A DNA stretch of 62,172 nucleotides, filler included, from Choristocarpus tenellus KU-1152 (lineage: Eukaryota > Protista > Phaeophyceae), in NCBI GenBank assembly GCA_964200185.2. It is 15 parts of 15 records of this genome, joined end to end, with 100 filler letters (N's around TTAATTAATTAA, not from the genome) between each part and the next. Parts side by side here need not be neighbours in the genome. Positions count along the whole stretch, not along the records: positions 39,451 to 42,326 come from CAXNAD020023995.1; positions 42,427 to 44,956 come from CAXNAD020027017.1; positions 45,057 to 52,548 come from CAXNAD020006073.1; 12 more parts are not named here. One strand, 5' to 3'. The translations under genes and the position numbers were made by a program. Positions 39,451 through 52,272 of the stretch are shown here, in pieces; the stretch's first letter is position 1, and every line of letters starts with the position of its first letter. The notes beneath the pieces are model-generated. The model did no database searches, was not told the origin of the DNA, and was given only the letters and a program-made list of their open reading frames with translations.

Positions 39451-40624
39451 ATGTATATAGTTTTCATTGGTTTCCCCCTGACACATCTGCAAAATGTCAG
39501 AGGGCATAATAATAAAATATAATAACAGTTGTTTCTCAGATACTCTCTTCTCCAAATCTATACTATTCTAATAATTGAAGTACACAACAATATTACCTGT
39601 TCTTACAAACAAATTGAATGGTGTTACTATGATATCCACTTATATATACACATATTATGTATATAGTTTTCATTGGTTTCCCCCTGACACATCTGCAAAA
39701 TATCAGAGGGCATAATAATAAAATATCCACTTACCTTACCCCTACCAACGTAATATATATATGGTGAAGGATTTCAAAATATTTTCAAAGGAGTATATGA
39801 GATAACGAAGTGAAATATGACAGAAACAATCTGAAAGGTAGAAAAGTAAGAATATTTTGATGATGAGGTGCTCATTGACCCAATTGTTTTATTAGAAGAT
39901 ATAGCAACATAAATTTCTAAAATCAAATATCCAATCCACCACAAAAAGTTCAAAAAAATTTGGAAGTGGAAACTTCAGAATGTTAATTTTTTGGTGTTTA
40001 TTTTTTGCGATGGTAATGAAGATTAAGATTTTTTGTGGTATGTGGAAAAAACTCTGTTACTGTACAGACAGTATATCACATCAAGTTTAGAAGACTGCAC
40101 TGTACAGATATAACGATGAGAACGGGATCCAGATTCAACATGCGGGGTAATACTCCTACTGTTGTGAACTGCATCCAATCTTGTCATATTAAACTTTATA
40201 GGGATGTGTACATTCGGCTGGATATAAAATTTGTTTGTTCAAAAGTATGAGGGGTGTAAGTCACAGTGGGGTACTGTGTATTATAGCCGTATCGTCGACA
40301 TCGCATCGGGCGATTGGCGTGTTGGACATATCGCAACCAAAGCCAGCCGTGAAATATTCTAGGAGCTGCACGCAAAACAATTCCAATAAGCGAGGAGCCT
40401 ACGTTGGCAACGATCAGTCGGTTTAAGAAAAAAAGCGCTCTTATATATAATAAGAGATGATAAGGATATAAGAGAGGAGTTTTCTACTTGCCCCAACCCT
40501 CTCCTACACCGGTGCCTCCAATGTACAGTACGAAATTTTTCGTGGAGTAATTATGAATATATTATTATGTCCTCGGACATTTTACAGATGTGTCAGGGGG
40601 GAAACAAATGAAAACTATACATAT
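39451..40624. repeat. ~70-bp unit, twice direct (39451, 39657) and once inverted (ending 40624); possible TIR element
   Basis: ATGTATATAGTTTTCATTGGTTTCCCCCTGACACATCTGCAAAAT...CATAATAAT and its reverse complement. Confidence 0.75.
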
Positions 40625-40999
40625 TGTCAGTATAAGCCCTAAAGAAATAAAATATCATAAATGTTAAAACACTATAAAACTATAAGTGTGAAAAATAATA
40701 ATTACTTACCACTATTGTACTACTGCCTTCCTGTGCTTCCCATCTACCTACTCCTGCGCCCCGGGAGCTAGGGAGGTATCCCAAGAATCCAACAAACCCC
40801 TCCGTACCCATCTACCTGGGGACTCCAGTTTAAAGCGCATGACACGTCTAGACAATTAATACCACTTGCGTAGTCACCGAGACAATTTGGCGTAGGCGGG
40901 ATTTGACTACTCCTTTCCTGCAATATCGTCCTATTCTTACATGTTCTTTTGTGTGGAATGGTTAACTCAGACAAGGGTGTTGAAGGGAATCACTACGCA

Positions 41000-41072
41000 G
41001 GACGAACCAGGCGGACCAGACGGACCAAACGGACCAAACGGACCAAACGGACCAAGACGAACCGTAACCAAA
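41000..41072. repeat. 9-bp minisatellite (CGGACCAAA)n
   Basis: Seen directly. Confidence 0.85.
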
Positions 41073-43175
41073 AGGACGAGGTTAAGGTTGGACAAGTACT
41101 AGACTGCAATGAGTTGCAGAATATTGTGGAGAACTGAGAATCTCATGAGAGGGAGATCAACGAAACAGAAAGAGAATCTTTGATTTTGGACATCTCTGAT
41201 TGGAGAGATGCTCACTGGTTGCAGGATTGGTTCCTTCCACAAAGTTTCCCACATTAATATATTATGTCCTCTTGATAATTCGAAATATATGGAATCGGGA
41301 ATTTCTGACAAGGAACATCAATCGGTATGACGGTATATGACATACATCAATGACGGTATGATAACAGACAACCCTGCTTTCCACATCATCCCCCCTTCTG
41401 ATCGACCTTGAATCCATGTAAGCATGATTCGAGGCCAACTAAGAAGTGACCTGGGAGCAAAACGGACAACAGGTGTGATTGTTAGTATACTCTTGCACCA
41501 TTATATATGTTACACAACTTCATTAATACAAAATGAAGTTCAATATATGAAGGAGGTATTAGTGAATATCTGATTAGGGTATCATCAACCAAACGTTGAT
41601 GGTATGTGGTCAGTATTCCAATCAAGCTTACGAGGTCTGAGTGTATGGGATCAGCATATCAGTCAGTTTTAATACGAGTGAAGTTGATGGGTGTGGTCAG
41701 TATCGCATCAAGCTCATAGTCAAGGTCTGAGAGCATGGGATCAGCAATGCGGTCAACCTAAATACGAGTTGAAATGTTTATGGGGACAGCATATACATCT
41801 CTTATATCTTGTATAAACAGAGGATACTCAAAAAGGGGATACGAAGAGCAAATGCTGTATCATGTCGATAAACTGTTTAACAAGGCGTTTGTGATCTGAC
41901 ATTGCTACATGAGCGATACACGATTTTGATAAAAACAATCCGACGTGTGAAAACAGAACCCCGTGTACGTGATCAAAAATCAACACACCAGATGAGATCA
42001 ATACAAGATTTGCACACACATTCTTCTTCTTCACATTCTGAAATTATTGGAATATTGCTCACGGCTACTATTGTAATATCCAAAGTAGACACTAGGAAAT
42101 ACGATGCTGGTGATGTCTGTTTATTAGTATTCTATTGTCATTTTATTATTCCAATATTAATCTCAATTTTTAAGATCAAAACTAATGAGTACTTCTAAAG
42201 TGAAGGTCCGAAGAATTGGAGGTTTCTTGAGTACGCAAGTGCACAGATTTATAGGGCCACTCCTGTGAATCGTGTGATTCTGTGGCGGTATGGTTCACTC
42301 AGGCAAGGGTGGCGAAGAGAATCACCNNNNNNNNNNNNNNNNNNNNNNNNNNNNNNNNNNNNNNNNNNNNTTAATTAATTAANNNNNNNNNNNNNNNNNN
42401 NNNNNNNNNNNNNNNNNNNNNNNNNNCCACCATCCACATCTATTTTCTTAAAAAAAAAAAAGAACTCAAAAACAAGGCACCCCCCCCCCCCCCCCCCCCC
42501 CCCCCCCTCTCCCTCCTCCCCTTGCATAATAAAAACAACATACATACACCCCACAAAACAAAAAACGTAGACATGAAACAACGGTTGTCACCAACCATGG
42601 TCAAACAACGAACACCTGTATCACTGACAAGACACACAACAAACAATCATCTCCTTCCCCCACAATGTCTCACAAAACATACACACAAACACACACACGG
42701 ACAAATACAAACGCATTCAGGTGCTAACAGACCTCTGCACTCTGCCTGCGCCTGATCGGGTCCACATGAAACCTCCTCTCCTTCCTATAGGCGGTGGTTC
42801 TCTCAAGCACAAGAATCGAGACATACAATTATAACCACCTCGGAAATGTTTCCACTCGTGAAAAACATACTACTCCTTTCCTCTCGCCATTTGGCAACAT
42901 ACGGTTCCAAAGCATTTTAAAGGGTGACATTTCACTCACACACACACACACACACACACACAAAGATTATTCATGTCACCATCCGGTGAGAAACGCCGAC
43001 ATTAGCTTCCCGTCAATAAGAGCAACCGTCGGCCCTATCCCATACTTCCTCCAAAAAGTTGGAATAGGAGGAAGTAGAGGCAACGAAAGTCACATCATTA
43101 AACCAACAAAAGACCGTTGGCATTCAAAGTGAGTACCCTGATTGGTGCCTCTGTAGCACATACAAAACGACAGTT

Positions 43176-44548
43176 TCATCCCTCCGCAGGGATCTCATGG
43201 ACACTCTTCACATCTGGTAGGCTCTCCAGGTCAGCAATAATAGCCTCTCGCTCGTCCAGCTGCAAAGACGTCAAGGACACAGTGACACAAGTGTCGCAGT
43301 CAGAGTGGGTGGGACTCACTAGGACCCATGCAGTGGCCTCAAATCATAGCGTTGAAGCGTTCACAAAACATTCTCAAATGGGCCGTGAGGAAGCACAAAC
43401 CCTTGTCCTGAAAGTATTGGTAAAGGTCCAGTTCTATGAACAGCACACGATCTCCAGTCCCTTCCACAACTCCCCCTACCCAATAATACCGCCGAACTTA
43501 CACTTGATGCAACTCCCCTGCCGATCAAACTCCCCTGCAACCAAAAATTCAAGCGCTGTATACAAACAGCACCACCTCCCTCACCTTAGCCCCACCAATG
43601 AGAAACTCCATGACCGCCATCCCTGTGTAACCCCTTAATCCATACTGCTCCAAACGCGCACCGCTGCTCCTCGACTCTGATGTGCTTGCTGGCTTACCCT
43701 CCCCCACAGCTCCGCCATCACCACTACCATTGCCAATTTCGCCACCTTGGGGGTCGCTGTTGATGCCGTCTTTCTGCCCTCCACAGTGAGCTTTGATACG
43801 ATCCACTAGCTTGTGCAGCAGGCCCTCCTTCTCAACAGTCTCTACCCTTAGCACCACAGCCAGCTCTCTCCTGTGACCATCCTTGTTGAACCCTCCAGCG
43901 CGCTGCTGCTGCTTGTCATCCAGCTGAAGGAGCATGTGCTTGCCTTGCATCATCTCTACCTATTTCGCGTTTTTCACTTCAATTTAGCACCATTACTACC
44001 AAACCAACCTGGTCAGAGCATGCACACGTTCCTGTACTTAGGTAGCACAATACCTAAGTACTACGTAATCATCTACTTTCTCTCAAAAACCAACCTGGTC
44101 TGAACATGCACACGTTCATGCTTCATCTTCTCAGCCCCCCCCCCCCCACCCCCCCCCCCCCCCCCCCTCCACCCCCCCCCCNNNNNNNNNNAAAAACACC
44201 CCCGCCGCAACACCCCCCCCGTCCTCCTTCTCCTCTCCCCCCCCCCCCCCCCCCCCCCCTCTCTGACTTACAATGCCCTGTAATCCCTCCAACCCCTTCA
44301 GAAATCACACCTGATGCACAACATCTGCTGCTGACGGCCTATCCCCTGGAGAAGACTGCAGCATGCATGTGCACAAAGTCCTGGCTGCCTCCTGACCCCG
44401 TGGTGGGCCCCACTGCTCTTCAGGAGGGAAGTTGAGCTTGCGGGCTTTGGTCAGGACCAGTATCCGTTCCATCCGGGTGGCAAAGGGAACATGACACATC
44501 TCAAACAGAAGCATCCCCAGGGAGTAAATGTCGGTCTTCTCATCATAA
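43176..44548 (-). CDS. eIF2-alpha kinase (GCN2/PEK-like) C-lobe plus C-terminal ACT-like domain; last three exons
   Basis: Exons 44548-44311 (YDEKTDIYSLGMLLFEM...FATRMER...DRPSA), 43959-43585 (VVLRVETVEKEGLLHKLVDRI...AVMEFLI) and 43259-43176 (EAIIADLESLPDVKSVHEI...stop). Confidence 0.85.
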
Positions 44549-47427
44549 CTGAACGACAAACGAAGGTACACATCGACAAAATCAAGCACACGGTCGGTCA
44601 AATCAAGGTACAGAAGAAATACTTCCAAGTACTACCTGCACTTACTATCTCTGCCAACAGACATTGAGGTGCACACTTGAAGGTATAGACAGGAGAGGGT
44701 ACAGCAGTCATGTTTGAGCGGTTCCCCTCAATGAACAGGGCATCGACACTGCAGTGCCATGGCAAGGCAGTAGAAGCACACAAAAGTTGGATCAAAGGCT
44801 CTTCCAAAACACAACAATCAGTATGCCGAATCGACCACCTACTTCAACACGACTGCTGTAGACAGCACCACCACCACAACAACAGGAGTGCTTGCCCCCC
44901 CCCCCCCCCTACAGCTCTTCTTATCAGGGAAGCAATCGTAGTTCGATTGTCAGTGCNNNNNNNNNNNNNNNNNNNNNNNNNNNNNNNNNNNNNNNNNNNN
45001 TTAATTAATTAANNNNNNNNNNNNNNNNNNNNNNNNNNNNNNNNNNNNNNNNNNNNCCCCCCAGATACTTTGGGTCTTTCATTAGAACCATATCTGTACC
45101 ACTTTACCTTGATCAGGGTTGAGAAAACTAAATATATTATATATCTAGGCATATGGAAAGATCACGATTTCGATGTACCAGACATGGCCAGGTCTGACAA
45201 AAACTTCAACATGAAAGGGCATGGGCAAGGGCTATTTTCTCGTAGCTTTCAATCCTGTACAACTCCATCAAGGAGATACAGGGCCAAAAGCATGTACCAT
45301 CTTCTTTAATGAGAGGAAGAAAAAAGAGTGTGCGAGACTCCCATAGGGAGCGCGGAAATCGTGATCGAATTATAGCTGTATACCTGTAGCACAAAGTAGT
45401 ATATATATACTTGCGTGTAGAATTCGACAGTATAGTATACAGGTGTGTTCCAGTCTCAGCAATGGGCAAGAGTTTGATGGAACTGTCAGGAACAGGTCCC
45501 CCTTTTTTGGATCTCCCCACAGTGAAGAGGATAATGCGCGCAGTAGTTCACATTCGCGCTCGCCACATTTTGCCATTGAGACCAGGCCAGGTGATGTGGT
45601 GTGGGTGGATTCAAACCAGCAAATAATCCAGGGATTGTATTTTCTGCTCCGACTGGTAGCAACCAATCACAGTGGAGATCCATTGATATACATAGCAATC
45701 TAAGAATCCCAACATACGTCCAGCATGCCTCAGTCTCATCTCTCATTCCCTTTCTGAACGTCATTTCTGGTGGTTCTCATCACCCCCCATCACACAGAAC
45801 CAGGTCCCATAACAGAACTAATTTTAGGGAAAAATCAATCCTCTCCACTGGAAAATGAATCTATGACAACACAAAAAAAGAAATATAACATACATATATA
45901 TATAATACAATGGAAGACTGTCAGAAGGAACCCAGAGGCTGGTGTCCAAGTATCGCTATGTGTGGGGGTCCTTGGTTGGGGCGGAACAGTGCTGCTATTA
46001 TTTTATGAAGTACATATAAAGTTTGTCATCATGTCATCATGTACCATGTCGTCACGACAACAGTGACGTGTGTGTACTAATACTTACTGCTGTTGTTGTA
46101 AGTTCATTGGTATTGTTACTGGCCTCGCTCACGTCAGAATCCCAACCAATTGCCAACTGGTCCCTTCTAAGTGAAACGCCAAACATAATGACCCTTTCAT
46201 CTTTCATCCCTTCCTGCTTCGCTCTTTCAGAACAATACAAACAAGGGTACAAATAAGGGCGAAGGAAAAATTGCTTCTCGTGGTTGACCGTCAGTCATGA
46301 TTGACCCAGGTCACCACACAACACCGCCTTCACGCTTCAGCCGGCAACGTTCTTCACTGGACTGTCTTCGCACATCACCCCAGCTGACATATGATGGCCT
46401 TCAATCAACTCCTTGTAACCCTCAACATGTGTGTCTCAGCACGGCTCACCAGTTGATCTGTATAGCTGAGATGTTTCCTGTAATAAGAAATTATGGAAGA
46501 CTAACTATCACATATTAGCCCTCTGTCATATCTGGGACTTTGCTGCCTCTTTCCTGATGACAGGTTGTCGATGACTTGGACACACTTCCCGCCCCCCCGA
46601 AAAGAAGGAACGCATCTTACCCTAGGGCATCTTGGCTGCGAAATCAAGGTTTCAGTGGCGGTAGTCGACGCCATTGGGTAAGCAGCAAGATCGTAGCCTC
46701 CTTCGAGGACGGAACGTAAATTCTTGATTAATCCTATCACTGCTTGGTCTCATGATTCTTAAACCACGGTTGCTTCCACGTCAACTCGACTGGAGCTCTA
46801 CTTCTATAATTATATCGAAGTGAGGGATATTGACAGTGGTTAACCACTACAACATACTTACACTGTTAGGGGACCTATCAACCCCATGCCTGATGCCACT
46901 GAGCAGGCAACTATTGGTCCCTTAGCCCAATTAAAAGGTTGCCATGTAAGAGAATTGCAAAACCAAGGCCATGATTGCTGATGCCTCTTTCGTTTGGACT
47001 CCATTACATATACATATCAAGCGGATGACATCATCGACCGACCGTGGTGTATCCTTTTGTGTGATTGGCATCTGGAGGTGCTGCGATTGAGCGTTCTACG
47101 TTTGCGGAGCAAGGATGAAGAATCAAGTTTAGTATTTGATGATGACAGCACACACAAACCACACCATCATAGAGATTGGTGCAGGAAATAGTGGTGCACA
47201 TTAGTCCATCAGCCCAAATCAATGATTCCAAACTGTTTCGCCCTCGGGAGGACCCTTGCGCCAGTAATTCATCCTTTGCATTATCATAGTTTTATTAGGT
47301 CTCACTACATATTATAGTTCTTCGACCTTCCTCTTGTGGCATTGATTACCAGTCCATCTGTAAAACAGTTGTGAGTCATATATACACTGATTTAGCACTG
47401 ATCGCATGTTTGATTATCCTCGTGCAG

Positions 47428-50400
47428 ACAGAGATATCTCGTGCCCCTGATCGTCAATGGTTGTCTAGTGAGCCTCCTGAAGTGTGGCACCGGTCATGTA
47501 CCTCACCATCATTGCCACCACCTCCCAGGGCATTGGAATTAGTTAAGGAGGAGGTATGCAGGGCGCTTCGACATTTCTCTTCACATCCATTGAAGGGCTG
47601 CCCTAGCCCGCCCCTGCCATCCGATCTGCTGCATCAATTTGACATTGCCCGTGATGGGAAAGTCACCTATGGTGACTTTAAGGCTGGGTTGAAGGGTCTC
47701 GGGCTTGGGTTAACTATGACTGAGGAAGACCAGTTAGCTGGTGATTTTGACGAAGGTGGTATTGGGCTGGTTGACAGGGAAAAATTTGAACACATGGCAT
47801 CACTGGACCTGACCAGGGATCCGACAAAATGGGAAGGGCATGGATCAGGGATTGACTGGTCATCAATGCAAGAGAAGAAGGAAAACTTACATACAAGTTT
47901 GGAAGAATATCAGTCCAGTTACAGTCCTGTAGAATGTTGGAGTGGTGGCAACACCATACAGAGTCAGCGCTCAGAACACAGCTCTCAATCTCTTGCCTGT
48001 GACACAAGTTGGGGCAGTCGAGAGTGGAGCAAGCGTTTGGTACAGTCCCGCCCCCTGTCAACCTGGCCTAGCAACTCCTCCTTGTCCTTTGAAAACTGGA
48101 AAAACATAGCAAATGCGGGCTCACCTGTAACTGGGATACACTTAGATGCCTCCCCAAAGAAGAATAAAACAACACCAAGGTCCTATCAAGCTAGTGTGAG
48201 ACAGGGGGCCCTTCTTCAAGGTCATATTGCCCAGCAAGGCAATGCACTTCGCAGGACAAGATCTCAACATATGCAGGATCAAGAAGGTGATAAGGGGGAA
48301 CATGACCCTCCCCGCAGCGATAACAACAGGGGGAGAGTGACAACCCAGGCAAGAACAAACAGGAAGCAAGGACCTAGGCCCCACTCCGCTCCACCTGGAG
48401 GTCGAGATCAGGGATTTCGTGGTAATGGGGATGAGAGACGAAGTATACTAGAAGAGAGTCTGGACCGGAACAGAATAAAACGAGAAGTGAGGAAAAATTC
48501 AATATGGAATGCTGCTAACCGTGCAGAGAGTATTATCTACCACAAATCAGGTGGTAATCTAATGGGGCTAAGGTGGAAACTGGCAGGAGCTGACCCATCT
48601 GGATCGGGTGTCTTGACTGCTAATGAACTTGCTGTGACCGCTAGACGCTTTGGAATTGGTCTAGACGACAAGGAGAGTAATGCGCTTGCTGCACGGTACG
48701 GTAGGGGGTGTCACAGTGGCATTGACTATGGTCATCTTATCGACACCCTTGAGGCCCGAGCAGCAAAGCTTCCCATCTCCGAAGCTGGTGTGGGATCAAG
48801 AAAAAGGTTGGAGAAGCAAGAAAGTGCACCACTGGCCCAGTCAAGGACTATGCACTCGGGAAAGAGGAATACTTGGCAAAGCAATGTGAACTGGGGCATG
48901 GGGCGGGGGTTGAAGGGGAGTCAGCTGGGTCGTAGGGCTTGTGGCAAAGCCCTGGCCCTCCTGGATCGGCAGGGGGAACGCAGTGTTGAAAATGTGCTTC
49001 ATCTTGTCAACCCAGGTTAGAGTGCAAGTTCTCGGCCGTGACAACTTCAACTAATTTGAGAAGTCATTGTCAAAGGTTGTCAGAGAACGTTACAAATGAC
49101 GTATGTGTGAATTAACCCTGTATGGGAGGTCTCCAGCACCAAATGTGTGTATTAGCACATAGTCTCAAACACCCTTGACCTCTGTTTGTAGTTGTTGCCC
49201 ACAGCAGAAGGCTATAGTTGTGGCTCCACCCCCCTCAGTATCCCTCCTATCGACTAGTTCAGGTACTAGCTGGTATTTCCAACTCCTCAACATGAAATTG
49301 GACAGAGAACTATGATGAAAAAAATAACCTCAACCTTATTGACAAAAGGATGAGTACAAGATCTATCCTCAGCAATTATGAGATTGTGTTATGTCCGGCA
49401 AACAGAAACAGTTGCTTGCATGCATTTGTTTGAGACTCATCTCACCCATAACCCGCAATGAATGCAGCCCGACATGAGGGCATCAGCGCCAAACAGCTGC
49501 GACAAAGCCTGTGCATTCTTGCAGGAGGTGATCCTTTGAGTGATATTGAGCACCAAGCTCTCTTCCAGATCGTGAGCAACGGATCCCAGAAGGTTCAGCG
49601 AAGGGTAAGCAACAAATTACAAGCTTTCACGGTCGATCTCATGGTGTGCTAGAGTCTTTTTCTCAGGTCTCAGAAACAGGGTGCTGACAAGTCTTGGTGT
49701 TGCCCTTGCTTATCATTAATGTGTATCCCAGAAGAAAAGGTGCATTTCTGTCTCCTTTTCAACCTTCAATCAGTCAAAGTATCTTAGAGGGTAGGGCCAC
49801 GTCCATTTGGGGGGCAAAATCGAATGTTGCGATTTGGAAGCAATTTTGACTATCGTTTTTCTTAGGAAGTGCCAATATCCTTGTTTCGGACACACCTTGT
49901 CATAGCATATATATTTTACCTACTCCGAAACATTTCAGAGTAGGTATAATGCAACGTAAATACCCGTGGGAAGCCAAGACCCTAACGCACAAACAGGGCA
50001 AAAACTCGTACCCTCTAAGATACTTTCACTCCAATTGGTCAATTGTTCTGTTCTCAGGAGTTGGTTGATATCCTTCGTGCCAATGAGATGGAAGAACAGC
50101 AAATGCATGTGAGGCGCAAGATCCAACGTGAAGCTGAACACCGACGGCATAATCGAGATTGGGCACTTCACCTGCGCCACAGTAAGGTCCTAGACTGGCA
50201 CTCGCCCATTGGTCCAGTCCCCACAGGAGGTTATCATCACCCTGAAGCCCACCGTGATGGTCTTGTTTACCAAAGGGTTTGTGACCGTGTAAGAAAGGTT
50301 CAGGAGAGGTGCAGCAGTGCTGCCCCGGTAAGAGAACATGCAAAAAATGTAAATTCAAGAATGGACTGCTATATAGAGATACCATCAGATACTACGAAAA

Positions 50401-52272
50401 TGTGAGGTGCAAAATTGCCACTTCCCATCCAGCTACCACCACAAGATGCATGCCAAGTCATCGCCTTGTAGATCTCCACATTTTGGTTCGTGTACTTTTT
50501 TTTTGCTACATATTCCAGGGTAGTTACACAACAGAATGATTCATTTTATTAATAAAACATAACATGAATATTAATAGCATAGTAATGAGGGGAAGATGAT
50601 ACTGGAGAGTAGATGGATGTGATTGTCTTGCTACAATACACAGGCAATCCCACTGGTGAAAGGTTGCTTTGTTGCAGCCTCCCGCTCAGTGTGTTTATGA
50701 CAACCACTGTGGCAATATATTCGGTATATTATGGTAGTACTTTATATGCCTTTTCATGCTCTGTACCTACAGCCATATTTGGTAGAAGTGGTACAAGAAA
50801 TCCCACCAAGCCCTTGTACTAATCTCAGCAGAAGTAGCAGCAGCATCTGCTACCATTCAAGTCATACTACTATGTAAGTACTATCCCATCCTAACTGCAC
50901 TTCCCCATACTGCAACACCTCTCTGTGAGTGCTCCAGGTGTACAACATATTTCACTCACCAGAAGTGTTGGACAATTCACAGACTAGCACTGGGAGGCGG
51001 GTTTCACCTCAGACCTTGCGTTCCAAGTTGAGCTCATTGGGTGTCCCTCTGGGAGACGAGGACTTTACCACTCTTCTTGCTCGTATTAACCCTAGTGGCC
51101 ATGGGGATGTCACTTACAAGGATTTCTGCAACTCACTGCACCTTCCTTGCTACCAGGGTGGGCATGACATCGGTGGCATGAGAGCTTCAGATGATACTGC
51201 TGCTGAGTCTGTGCCATTAGAGTCGCACCCTTTCACTAGTGCTATCCAGAACCGGGCACTTGCCCTGATGGTCTCTGATGAATTGACATGTGACGGGGGG
51301 CTCTTTCATCACAATGAAGCTACTGCAGGATGCACCAATCCCAACTTTACTACCACAATGATAGCCGGGCAAGATACCCAGCGGTCATCTATTTCTTATC
51401 GCCCCAAGCGGCACCAATCCCCAGCACCTGCACCAGCGGCCCGCCGCTCTGGTTGCCGTTCTGGTAGTCAGGGGCAGACAGTAGTACTGGGAGGTGACCA
51501 GCCAGAGTCATGGGCCTTGATGGATGAGGGGGAACTGGGCTTCTCCCGGTCTTCACCCTATGGGAGCGGCTCAGCAGGGTGAGTGAGACCTTGGGTGACG
51601 GTGAATTCCTCCTATGTGTGTATCCTCTTACCTTCATAGCAACTACCTTACCTATTTGTGAAATCCATTGTGCCCAGCAGTTTATCTTTCAACTCACAAG
51701 AAATTGATGGCATGATTGGTGCTTACTCCCTCCCCTTTCCAATTTGTACTGATTTGAAACTGCACAGGTCTTCTCCCTTGCCAGGCGGTACAACTGTATC
51801 TGATAGTCAGAAGAGCAAACGAACATGTATTGACCGCCACAAAACACCAGGATCATCAGCACCAGATCTAGAGTTGTTTACTAACTTGAGGGATAGGAAG
51901 TTGCATGAATCAAAGCCCATTGTGGAGGGAAATCGGCGTGGCCAGGGCCATCGTCCCCCTGACAATGATTTGGGATTTGGCTCAGATCGAATGATCTTGT
52001 CAGCAGGGATACAATACTATAGGGAGGGAAGAGACACAAATGGCCCAACAGGGGATCAGACCAAGAGACATCTTCGGACTAAACGTACAGGTGCTGAGGG
52101 GCAATATGGGGCATGGGCAAGTTCCTCTATCCGTGAGATCCTGCAGCACGATGATAGATACAGCCGCATGGAAAAGGAAATGTCCCAGTATCCAGCCAGA
52201 TTGAGTGGGTCTGCAGGGGTAGTCCCCACAAGATTTCCTTACAATATAACAGCATCTACTACAGTACAGTAG
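47428..52272 (+). CDS. Large multi-EF-hand protein (3' exons)
   Basis: Exons ~47428-49015, 49468-49604, 50058-50401, (50678-50723?), 50938-51578 and 51768-52272. EF-like loops: FDIARDGKVTYGDF, FDEGGIGLVDREKF, ADPSGSGVLTANEL, INPSGHGDVTYKDF. Confidence 0.85.
49771..50031 (+). mobile_element. MITE family A in an intron of the EF-hand gene
   Basis: CAGTCAAAGTATCTTAGAGGGTA ... TACCCTCTAAGATACTTTCACTC; CAAT on both flanks. Confidence 0.9.

Noticed and set aside
45370-46252. Possible divergent gene upstream of the EF-hand gene
   Set aside because: Candidate exons do not join in phase and no motif is recognisable.
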